A stretch of 64,000 bases of DNA. Source: an uncultured Clostridia bacterium. GTDB taxonomy: Bacteria > Bacillota > Clostridia > Christensenellales > DTU072. The notes below the pieces were generated by a model. That model searched no databases. It saw only the letters and a list, made by a program, of their open reading frames with translations, and was not told the origin of the DNA. Position 1 is the first letter of the stretch. Each line of letters opens with the position of its first letter. Location of the stretch: positions 21,347 through 85,346 of the forward strand of contig CALVYG010000003.1 in assembly GCA_944372095.1 (NCBI GenBank). The letters run 5' to 3'. Shown piece after piece: positions 1 to 9,600 of this stretch. Both the position numbers and the translations under genes were made by a program.

Positions 1-1600
1 ACAAATTCATATCTTCCCTGTTCATAAGAAATACCCTTTCCTCGTTCGTCGAACGGTATATACTGTCAAGTTCGCACTCGGTAAAAGCCGTCTGTGTAAA
101 AGTTTCGTCCAGCCAGTTCGTCAAAAAAATTGGAAACTCGTCGTGGATTCCGAACTCCATCGGCATACTGTCCAATGCCGAATCTGCCGCCAGTTGATAA
201 GCGTAATCGTTCTTTTTTAGTATTTTCCAATCTATCGGTTCGAACTTATAGCAAGTAATCATGCGCGCACCGAGTCCCGCTTCACGCTGAGGCACGACGG
301 AACCTCTGACAGCAGTACCGCCCTGTTCGCGGAATTTTGTAAAGTATACCCCACGATACTTTTCTCCGTCTATATATTCATCCCTTATCCATGTATACGG
401 CCTATCCGACGAATCTTTGAATAATACACTCCACCCTTTATTATCCGTTGCGTCGGGACAACCGAATGCTCTGAAAACCCCCAAGATTGCGGGATTATTT
501 ATTCGTATTTGAGGATAGACACCAAAGCGCACAAAATCTGCTCCGATAACGGCAACGACATTGTTTTCATCGCGCAACTCCATTGTGATCTTGGCAGAAA
601 CTTGCGATTCATGTTCTCCGTCGGATACCATATTTGCCTCGTCATCTTCTGTATCGCCCGCCAAGATGCCCACAGCGCCGCACAGAAAATTTATGCAGGC
701 CGTATAATCGTCAAACACGCCGCGGAACTCAAACACATGAGAAGCGTAGTTCTGATTCGGCAACATTACCCCCATATTGTTTCCAAGAGCAAAGCAAAGC
801 GCCCTGTCACTTTCTCCTTTTTTTCTGAAAAAGCCCGTATACAGCGTTGTGAGGCGCGTGGAGAGCACATCACTGTCCGAAACTACCACCATACCACGGG
901 AGTGATCTCTTGCATATAGGTTCTTTGCTACTTTCTCAATATATGCTCCAATTCCTCCGTCCTCCCCGCTCGCGACGACTGTATTGATTGAATCAACTCC
1001 CGCCATATATATCCTTTCATTCGGAATATGATCGAGAAGCTTGTTTTTTATCTCAATAGCGCGGCTTACACCAGTATTATCGTAGGCAATACAGATATCG
1101 TATGAGGCATTATTCTGATGCTCGTATTTTTCCTGTACGCCTACAATAAAGCCTACATAATATCTTAACTTCGCTTCTGCATTGTAATCCATTGTTTCGG
1201 CAATCTTTTGCATGGCGCGCCTATATAGAGCGTTACTTCCCACGGGAGCGGAATTGTACTCGCATAATACAAGTTTAGGATAGCGCGAACGTATTTCGTC
1301 ATCACTTTCAAATATTGTCTGTACCTGATATGCTGCAAGAAGCGCACCAAGATATGCCTCGGTGAGCGTTCTCGATCCGGGAGCACTTTCGATGGCTATT
1401 CCGAAAAGCCTGTGTGCCTCAGCAAAATTCGCACGGGTAAGGCAGTCATAAGCTTGTGATATAAGCGTGGGACGCGCCTGATCTATAACCGTTACGTTTG
1501 CGCAAAATCCACACCGAACGGCATGAGAAACAGAGTTTACCGCCTGCTCTATTTCTCTTTCGTTAAACGACGCACCGCAATGCTCACATATGTAAATCAT
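1..1600 (-). CDS. Partial CDS (C-terminus off the left edge): N-terminal zinc ribbon plus helical TPR-like segment, central TIR-like segment, C-terminal DUF6273-like module
   Basis: Absent from the ORF track because no stop lies in the window. My translation from ATG 1600-1598 (GGAGGG upstream) stays open to position 1 (~533 codons). Motifs: MIYICEHCGASFNE...VRCGFCANV (CxxC..CxxC); NNASYDICIAYDNTGVSRAIEIKNKLL...GMVVVSDSDVLS (TIR-like pattern, tentative); FVRFGVYPQ...YKFEPIDWKILKK (DUF6273-like pattern). Confidence 0.6.
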   Translation of the reverse strand, partial: MIYICEHCGASFNEREIEQAVNSVSHAVRCGFCANVTVIDQARPTLISQAYDCLTRANFAEAHRLFGIAIESAPGSRTLTEAYLGALLAAYQVQTIFESDDEIRSRYPKLVLCEYNSAPVGSNALYRRAMQKIAETMDYNAEAKLRYYVGFIVGVQEKYEHQNNASYDICIAYDNTGVSRAIEIKNKLLDHIPNERIYMAGVDSINTVVASGEDGGIGAYIEKVAKNLYARDHSRGMVVVSDSDVLSTRLTTLYTGFFRKKGESDRALCFALGNNMGVMLPNQNYASHVFEFRGVFDDYTACINFLCGAVGILAGDTEDDEANMVSDGEHESQVSAKITMELRDENNVVAVIGADFVRFGVYPQIRINNPAILGVFRAFGCPDATDNKGWSVLFKDSSDRPYTWIRDEYIDGEKYRGVYFTKFREQGGTAVRGSVVPQREAGLGARMITCYKFEPIDWKILKKNDYAYQLAADSALDSMPMEFGIHDEFPIFLTNWLDETFTQTAFTECELDSIYRSTNEERVFLMNREDMNL

Positions 1601-1633
1601 TTTTAACTATTTCCCTCCGTACAACTTATAGTC

Positions 1634-4600
1634 TTAGTCGTAATATACTATCTCAACGAGATTTTCATCAAAAAGTTCTCTAAATTCCGATTGCTTTACG
1701 GACATATATACCCGGCGAAGGTTGTCGCAACCGCTAAATGCTCCCACGCCTATTTTTTCTATACCTTCGTTGAGATATATTTCGATAATATCGGTATTTT
1801 TGAAAGCGCGTCGTGCAAGTTTTTTGGCATCGGAAATTTGTACCTCGCTCACGCAGGAAGAATTGCCCACCAAAAACTTGAATTTGAAAGCAAATCCGCG
1901 AGACCATCCCACAAACGGAACACTCAACATCGTAAGTTCGTCGCATTCCGCAAACGCATTTCGGCCTATTTTCTCCACGCTGTCGGGTATGATGAGCGAC
2001 TGCAGAGAATCACAATTTCTGAACGCGTTCGCACCTATCTTTTCGAGTTCGTTGCCAAATATAACCGCAGCAAGTTCGTAACATTCCGTGAAAGCGTTCT
2101 TGCCGATGCTCTTTGCCGAAGATATGTCGATTTGAGTGAGCGAAGCAGAACCCTCGAACGCCTGTTTCCCGATCTCCGAAATGTTACCGAGATTTATACT
2201 TTCCAAGCTGTCACAATTAAAGAAAGCGCGCTTCCCTATCGTTTCTACGCTTGACGGCAATCTCACTTCAGTAAGCTCGTAACAGTTTTTAAACGTTTCG
2301 GATGCAATATTTTCAAGTCCTGTCGAGGACAAATCGATAATTTTCAAACTGCCACAACCTTTGAACGCACCTTTCTCTATCTCGGTGACGGCAGACGGAA
2401 TGACTATTGTCTCGAGACTCGAACAATTCTCAAACGCATATTTGTCTATGGTGTGCGTATAGGGCGATAGAACAATTTCGGTAAACCCCGAATCTTTGAA
2501 CATTCCGCGCGTGATATGATTGATACTGTCGGGAAGTTTTATGGTTTCAAGTCCGTCGCATCCGACAAACACTCCGCTTCCCATTTCTTCCAACTCATCA
2601 AACTCGCTGATTTCCGTAAGCGAATTACAATTTTTGAACGCGCAGGATTTGATGACCTTAACGCCGTTTATGTCCAGCGTAGTAAGCGAAGTGCTGCCCT
2701 CAAAAGCCCTTTTCCCTATAATCTCGACGTCGGCGTTTATTTTTATACTCACAAGCGAATCGATTCCCCTGAATGCTCGCGAAGGTATTTTCTTCATATA
2801 AGTTATCTCGAGATGCTTTACTCCCGAGTCTTTGAAAGCGTAATTAAATGTTTTCGGCGTGTCGCGATCGGGTCCGATAAAGGGCATATATACCGACGTA
2901 AGCTTTATGCAACCTCTGCAAACATCGCGCCCTATACTGTCCGCCACCCTGAGATCCAGCGTTTCAAGCGAAAAGCAATCCCTAAATGCACGCGCTTCCA
3001 CGACGTCGATGTTATAACCGATATTCACTGTACTAAGCGAAACACATCCCTCGAATAAACCACGCGGTATCGTCATTATTCCGCTTGCGGATAAATCGAC
3101 ACTTTCAAGCGAACCACAGTTCCTGAACGCGTAGTCGCCAATGCTTGTCAATGCCTCGTTAAACACTATCTCCGTAAGCGCAGTACAGCCCCTAAACGCA
3201 TTTTTACCAATGCTTTTAAGGCTTGACGGAAACTCGTCGATTATCAGCGCGCTGCAATTTCGGAACGCATTATTCCCTATCTCCGTTACGCCTTCAAGGT
3301 CAATACTGGAAAGTTTTTCACAATCACGAAAAGCATCTTTTTCTATACGGGAAACCTGCTCGCCGAAACTAACGGATACGAGTCTGTCCATGTTATTAAA
3401 CATTTTACTGTATATTTCGTCGATCTCCTCAATGTGTAGCGTTTGGATATTATTACCTTTCCCGAACAGAAAATTTACGGGCTTCAACGAATCCCGATCG
3501 ACACCCGAGAATGGGATGGTGACGGAAGTAAGATTATCACAATCATTAAAGATTCGGCGACCAAGTGCTTTGATATCGGAACTTATAATGATGTTTTCAA
3601 GTGAATCACAGTTCCTAAAAGAATCATCGCCGATGCTCGTTACGAAATCTGTAATATTGGTATAGACCAGCGAGGTGCAATCCCTAAACAAGTCATCCGG
3701 GATTTCGTCAACCGTCATTTCGGAATTAAACTCGAAAACCGTACATTTATCCATGCTGCGAAATGCACCCTCTCCAAGCTTCGTGAGTGCTCCGCGAACG
3801 GCAAGTGAGTTTATCGCGTCGCAATTACGGAAAGCGTTTTCCTCTATAACTTCAACACTTTCGGGCAATTCGTCAAGAACCAAAGAAGTGCAGTCGTCGA
3901 ACGCATAACTTCCTATTTCCGTTACGCCTTCGAGGTCAATATAGACGAGATTTTTGCACCCACTGAAAGCGTAAGATTCTATCTTATTTACAGGTTTAAC
4001 GAAAGTGACACTTTCAAGTTTATCCATATCTTTGAACATATTTTTATAGACTATGTCACATTCGGTCAATATGATATCGGCAATTTGACACTTTTTCCCG
4101 AAAATATAAGTTGCGTTCCTTAGGTCGTCTTGGTTTTCCCCTATAAATGGAATCTGTACCGTTTCAAGATTATCACATTCGGCAAATACATTCTTCCCCA
4201 TGTTTTCGATTTCGGACAAAACTATGTCCGTCAAAGCAGTATTTACGAATGCCTCTTTGCCGATATTTACGGCATTGTTCAAAAATGATACGTTACCGAG
4301 TGAGGAACAGTTTTTAAATGCCTCTTTGCCTACCGTTATCCTTACATCGGGGTTCGAATGTACTATTTCCGTGAGAGCCTCGCAACCTTTGAACGCTTTC
4401 GCTTCGATTATCTCCACTTCGGCGGGCAGCAAAATATTTTCGAGGTCCACGCAGTCTTTGAAAGCGTTTTTACCTATTTTGTTCAAAGTCGAATTGCCAA
4501 AATCGAACGTTGTCAAATTATCGCATTTAAGGAATGCTCCGTAAGCTATTTCTGATAGTTCCGCATCCACTTTAACGGAATAAAAATCGTCTTTATAGAA

Positions 4601-5800
4601 TGCGTAAAGGTCTATACCGACAACTTGTTTGCCGTCGATGTCACTCGGAATTTCGAGCACATCGATATCCTCGTCCACAAGTCCCGCGATATAGATTTCA
4701 CTTTCCGATACGTTCCTGTAATATAGGGTTTCGTTATAGCCGTCGTATCTTTCATAAAAAACTGTAACCGATAACAGCGCAAACAACGACAATGCGCCGA
4801 ACACGGCGGCGGTCACTGCCACGCGTTTAGTGAAATACCGATATTCCGGACGTTTCTTTTTACGCCTGAAAACGGCGCGTACGGCGCTGAACGCAATAAA
4901 AAGCACGGAGGACGCCCATATCGACAGCAATACGACATTTGCGGTAGTCGCACCGAAGTTTTTAAGGAGTGTATATTTATACTGATAAACTATCGCTATC
5001 AGCATCACAAGCATTATAAACCCTAACAAGAACGGAAACACTCGATAACGGAAATCTCGCCGCCGAGCGCGATCCTCGCGATAGGCGCGATTTATCTGTT
5101 CCGGAAAATTATTGAAATCGTGTTCAGGCACAAGTAGTTTCATTCTAAATATATTTTGCGAACGTATGGCGTTAATGCTTCTTATGCCTGCATTAGAAAG
5201 TTCATTCGAATCGCTGTCCGAAAAAATTCCGCCCGCGCTCAAAGCCGTCTTTACGCGGTGGGGATATCTGCGGCGAATATTGCCCCATAAAATATTGACG
5301 TTTCGTGTTTCTATAATATCCTCGAAAACGGAAAATCTCATAAGGTCCACGACCTCGTTTGCGCGGCGGACACCGAGTTCTATAAAATCAAGTTCGCATA
5401 GTTGCCATACGTCCTGAACAAACACTGTTTTTCCAAAGTCGTCGTCATTTCCTCTTATCGCCGTTTCGAATTTCTCGCGCGCTTCTTCCCACACTTCTAA
5501 GTCCACGGGCAACTCTCTTTTTTTAGATTTTAAGTATCGGGTTGCCTTCCTCCATACCGTCGAAAGCGCGACCTTAGGCAAATCTCCATATGCTCGTCCC
5601 GTCTTAGCATCCCTTACAAAATACGCGCCTTCCTTGCGGCTTTTGAAAAGAATAAATCCAAACCTCGTTTCAAGTATCGTACGGTTTTCAATAGTCTGTT
5701 TGCGGTCAAAATCAAATTTTGTAAAAAGAACGTCGTCGTCCGTCATTGCGTTACCGTTCGTATTCAGTTCCGTTTCCGTATAGGATATGTATTCCTGCAT
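1634..5800 (-). CDS. Membrane-anchored BspA-type leucine-rich-repeat protein with a ~260-aa cytoplasmic N-terminal domain
   Basis: The track ORF 1634..5815 starts at TTG. ATG at 5800 (MQEYISY) has GAGGAAA 6 nt upstream. Three hydrophobic helices (FPFLLGFIMLVMLIAIVY, VVLLSIWASSVLFIAFSAV, VAVTAAVFGALSLFALLSV) with an RRKKKR loop, then >1000 aa of repeats of the form AFxxCxsLxsIxiPxsVxxIgxxAF. Confidence 0.85.
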   Translation of the reverse strand: MQEYISYTETELNTNGNAMTDDDVLFTKFDFDRKQTIENRTILETRFGFILFKSRKEGAYFVRDAKTGRAYGDLPKVALSTVWRKATRYLKSKKRELPVDLEVWEEAREKFETAIRGNDDDFGKTVFVQDVWQLCELDFIELGVRRANEVVDLMRFSVFEDIIETRNVNILWGNIRRRYPHRVKTALSAGGIFSDSDSNELSNAGIRSINAIRSQNIFRMKLLVPEHDFNNFPEQINRAYREDRARRRDFRYRVFPFLLGFIMLVMLIAIVYQYKYTLLKNFGATTANVVLLSIWASSVLFIAFSAVRAVFRRKKKRPEYRYFTKRVAVTAAVFGALSLFALLSVTVFYERYDGYNETLYYRNVSESEIYIAGLVDEDIDVLEIPSDIDGKQVVGIDLYAFYKDDFYSVKVDAELSEIAYGAFLKCDNLTTFDFGNSTLNKIGKNAFKDCVDLENILLPAEVEIIEAKAFKGCEALTEIVHSNPDVRITVGKEAFKNCSSLGNVSFLNNAVNIGKEAFVNTALTDIVLSEIENMGKNVFAECDNLETVQIPFIGENQDDLRNATYIFGKKCQIADIILTECDIVYKNMFKDMDKLESVTFVKPVNKIESYAFSGCKNLVYIDLEGVTEIGSYAFDDCTSLVLDELPESVEVIEENAFRNCDAINSLAVRGALTKLGEGAFRSMDKCTVFEFNSEMTVDEIPDDLFRDCTSLVYTNITDFVTSIGDDSFRNCDSLENIIISSDIKALGRRIFNDCDNLTSVTIPFSGVDRDSLKPVNFLFGKGNNIQTLHIEEIDEIYSKMFNNMDRLVSVSFGEQVSRIEKDAFRDCEKLSSIDLEGVTEIGNNAFRNCSALIIDEFPSSLKSIGKNAFRGCTALTEIVFNEALTSIGDYAFRNCGSLESVDLSASGIMTIPRGLFEGCVSLSTVNIGYNIDVVEARAFRDCFSLETLDLRVADSIGRDVCRGCIKLTSVYMPFIGPDRDTPKTFNYAFKDSGVKHLEITYMKKIPSRAFRGIDSLVSIKINADVEIIGKRAFEGSTSLTTLDINGVKVIKSCAFKNCNSLTEISEFDELEEMGSGVFVGCDGLETIKLPDSINHITRGMFKDSGFTEIVLSPYTHTIDKYAFENCSSLETIVIPSAVTEIEKGAFKGCGSLKIIDLSSTGLENIASETFKNCYELTEVRLPSSVETIGKRAFFNCDSLESINLGNISEIGKQAFEGSASLTQIDISSAKSIGKNAFTECYELAAVIFGNELEKIGANAFRNCDSLQSLIIPDSVEKIGRNAFAECDELTMLSVPFVGWSRGFAFKFKFLVGNSSCVSEVQISDAKKLARRAFKNTDIIEIYLNEGIEKIGVGAFSGCDNLRRVYMSVKQSEFRELFDENLVEIVYYD

Positions 5801-5817
5801 TTTTAATTTCCTCAATT

Positions 5818-6582
5818 TCAGTTTCTTTCCGCCCTATAACAGCTGTTTAATGCATCGTATATTATGGCGTAAGCATATTTTATTCTGCTTTTTCCGTCTA
5901 TGCACTCAAATCTTTCCGTAGCATAAACGCCCGTACAGCACCCATTGTTATCCAAGACGGGAGATACGCAAATTAAATCCTCGTCGTTTGACACTGCGTT
6001 TGAGAGGCGTACTTCGAGCTTTACTTTATCTCCATCATATGTTACAACGTCGAACTCCCTTGAATCAAATACTTTTCCAAGCATACAGGCGTTACACGCG
6101 TTCAGCAATGCATATCCCAAAGGATTTTCGGCACAATCGTTTTTTGTCGGTTTTATTTTACAGCTTAAAACAGTATTTTTGGGCTGTTTAGCGTCCGTGC
6201 TTTCCAATCCTATCCTTAGTCCGGTCATGGCTATTTCCGAGAAATTCCCTGTAAATCTTCCACGCACAAAATCACGCTCAACGATATCGAAAACCTTTCC
6301 CTCAGTGCTTCTTAAAACATATACGGGTTTGGCTCGTCCCGCTCCGTCCTTGTAATATACGGAATCAACGCGTTCCGTATTCCTTATTATTTCCAAAACA
6401 GTCTCATAACGAAACGTTCCGTTTTTCGGAAGCCCCGTAATGATATAACGAAACTCGTTTTTTGCACCGCCCGCCTTGTAGACTATAACCGCACTATCGG
6501 GATTTGCCCCCGTGAAGCAGACCGCGAGGGCGATCTGCTCGGCAACCAACTCTTCGGGCATTTTATGTTTATTCACAAGCAT
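5818..6582 (-). CDS. Hypothetical protein (254 aa), no recognisable motif
   Basis: ATG at 6582 with AAGAGGT upstream. Its stop lies about 15 nt from the start of the next gene, and it sits inside the co-directional array. Confidence 0.6.
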   Translation of the reverse strand: MLVNKHKMPEELVAEQIALAVCFTGANPDSAVIVYKAGGAKNEFRYIITGLPKNGTFRYETVLEIIRNTERVDSVYYKDGAGRAKPVYVLRSTEGKVFDIVERDFVRGRFTGNFSEIAMTGLRIGLESTDAKQPKNTVLSCKIKPTKNDCAENPLGYALLNACNACMLGKVFDSREFDVVTYDGDKVKLEVRLSNAVSNDEDLICVSPVLDNNGCCTGVYATERFECIDGKSRIKYAYAIIYDALNSCYRAERN

Positions 6583-6607
6583 TTTTGTTTACCTCTTAAA
6601 AGTAAAT

Positions 6608-9600
6608 TTATTCTTCATCGGTAACCTCGCTCTCTGCGGACGTTATGAGCGTAAGCATGACAGTGGCGTTTGAAAGATTGTAATTGTGAGCATAATTGTC
6701 GTTAAGTTCGATTTTTAACTCATAAACTCCCGCTTCGGAAAGCGCGTTGCCGTCCACGAGTTCAAGGAACTGTTCTTCTCCCTCTTTCTTATACAGAACT
6801 GTGTATGCCGAAAGATCGAGATTCCCTACTTCCACTGCCACCTCATAACCATTGTCGGTTATATTACCCGTAAACGAACTGCTCTCTGCATCATTCCACC
6901 ATACGGCGGCGACGGAACAACGGCTAATATTCAGCGTACATTTTGTGTTGCCGGTTGCACCCGTAAGTGTATAATTGGAATTATCTCCGAGAGTAAGCTC
7001 AAATTCGTAACTTCCTGCATTTATTGCTTCCGGTCCCGTTACTGTATATTCATCGGTACCTATCATAACCGAGTCCGTTCCCTTAACGGTAACCGTCGGC
7101 TTATGCGCCTTGCCGTCATATTCCGCTTCGGTATTCGTCCATTCGATACTGACGGGACGAGGAACAATCGTGAGCGTACATTTTGTGTTGCCGGTTGCAT
7201 CCGTAAGTGTATAATTGGAATTATCTCCGAGAGTAAGCTCAAATTCGTAACTTCCTGCATTTATTGCTTCCGGTCCCGTTACTGTATATTCATCGGTACC
7301 TATCATAACCGAGTCCGTTCCCTTAACGGTAACCGTCGGCTTATGCGCCTTGCCGTCATATTCCGCTTCGGTATTCGTCCATTCGATACTGACGGGACGA
7401 GGAACAATCTTGATGGTTTCGGAACGTCCGATCGCGTTATCCAATTCGTAATTATTTGCATCAGAAGAATCGGAGAACGTCACGTTCGCTATACTTACCG
7501 TATATGTCCCTACGGCGGTGAAGCTGTTCTCTCCGTTATAAGTTATAGATGAAACCGCATCCCCGTCCGCTAAATTACTTGCGGTCGCGCTCAATGTATA
7601 TCCCGAAACAACATATTCCTTGTCTCCGGAATTTTCCCATTTGAATTCTAAAATGCGCTTTCGGATTTCGAAGTTTAAAGTAATATTCTCTCCTCCGTCC
7701 GTTGTGTAGTTGTCGTTACCGAGCGCCGTGAGTTTTATACTATAACTACCCGCGTTGGTTACGTTGGTAACACCTTCATAAGTGAATGAGAATACGTCCG
7801 TACCGATAACGTTTTTCACTTCGGCGCTGATTGTCGCCGCCTTGCCGTCATAATCAGTCAAATTATCGATTGACGCCTTATTCCCACCGTCTTTTATATA
7901 ATACCATTCAATTTTTACCGCCAACGGCGTGATTTCATAGGTATATTCGGTTTTTGCCTCATCTGAAAGCGTATAATTTGCTGCGTCCTCCCCGCCTATA
8001 CCCGTAACTCTAATTTTCTTTTCTCCCACGTCGACTGCATTGCTTGAAATATATTCGTAAGCCACCGTCACATCGACGTCCCCATGAATATTAAATTTCG
8101 CCGTCGGATAAAGACTTGTTCCGTTATATGTAAACGTCTTTTTATCCCAAACAGGCGCGCCGAGCTCACACACGCTTATACTCCAATTATGACTTGTCGT
8201 GTCGGTGTTTAACGTATAGTTACCGCTTGGGTCGTCGACGGAGGCATTCGCGGTATATTCCCCTGCATTTCTGTAACTATTACCACTATATTTCAGCGAC
8301 ACCCCGTCGTCATACGTTCGTCCGTCCTTATCGGATTCGGCTCCCGTGAAACATGAGGCTTCTACGGATATGGTTTCTGCGTTAAACGTAAATTGGTTTC
8401 CTCCCGTCCATTTAACGTCGATAACTTTGGGGATAATCTTCCACTCTTTGGTGAGCCCTTCGTCAGGCAATTTGAAGTTATCGGCATCGTCTCCCGAAAG
8501 TCCTGTGATTTTGGCCGTATAATCTCCGACATTTGTCTTCTCGTTTTCTTCGTAATTCAGTATGACATCTTTCGACTTACCCAAATCGTCGGATATTTCA
8601 TTTTGAAGTTTGTATGTAGAATAGCGATAAACAAGGCTTTCAAATCCCTCTTTTGTATTGTCGCCTGTAAAATCCTTTTCATTGCTCCATGTCCAGCCGG
8701 AAAGCGTAAGCTCAGCTTTTTGAATCTCATAGCTTATCTCAAGATTGTCCTGTGGTAGAGAATAATTCCCCGAATCGACGGAGTCCACCTTGAGGGAGTA
8801 ACTGCCGGCATTAGAGAATGGCGCTATTGTGCGCTTGTTATCCTCTTTTTTTACTCTTATCTCGGTTGAATAACTACCTGTGCCGACAACTTTCAAACCG
8901 ACCTCGTCGTCTCCTAAGATACCTTCTACCGTGAGACTCTGTCCATTGTTGTTTCCGTCATATACATAAGGCTGAACGGCATTCCATTTAAGCGTGAGTT
9001 GTTTATGGATTATTTTCCATTCATATTCAGCATTATTATCAAGCTTATAGTTGTCGTTACCAAGAGAACTAATACTTGTTGTGTATTTGCCGACGTTGGT
9101 TTTTGCTTCATTACCGCTATACTCTATGGTAATTGTATCTCCGTCACAAATCTGATTGCCAAACGAAGCCGTAGGCGCGGCAATTTCATCTCCGGTATAC
9201 ACAAACTCATTATCTGCGTTTCCTGTGTAAACGGCTTCAAAATTCCAGGACGGAGTCACACTCTTAGGTTCTATGGTAAAACTATATGTTTGTCCTGCGA
9301 ACTTATAGTTCGATATATTTTCTCCGAGTTGAGTTTGAAGCAGGTTGAGCGTTAAAGATAGACTGTATGTCCCGGCATTCTTGATTTCGCCATTCTCATT
9401 GTCAAACTCTATTCTGATATTTTTCTCCGATGCGTCGGCTGCTGCAACGTTTCCAAATACGGCATAAGCTTTTGCTGCTACTCCGTTATATGTGAAATAT
9501 GTCTGTTTAGATAGAGATATACTGTTGTATCCGTAATCGTTAAGAACCAATTGGCGCTCTTCAATCGTAAACTCTGCGTCATAGTCCGATATTGAATAAT

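Noticed and set aside
1691-5417. Many 60-190-aa plus-strand ORFs inside the LRR gene, and similar ones inside 6608-12967, 14768-21258, 22444-24978 and 50292-60543
   Set aside because: All are antisense shadows of very long, motif-rich minus-strand genes. They lack SD sites and have Ser/Leu/Phe-rich low-complexity translations.
6933-7409. The 240-bp direct repeat as a CRISPR array, IS end or minisatellite
   Set aside because: There are only two copies, with no spacers. The repeat is in frame inside a coding repeat protein and corresponds exactly to one protein repeat unit.
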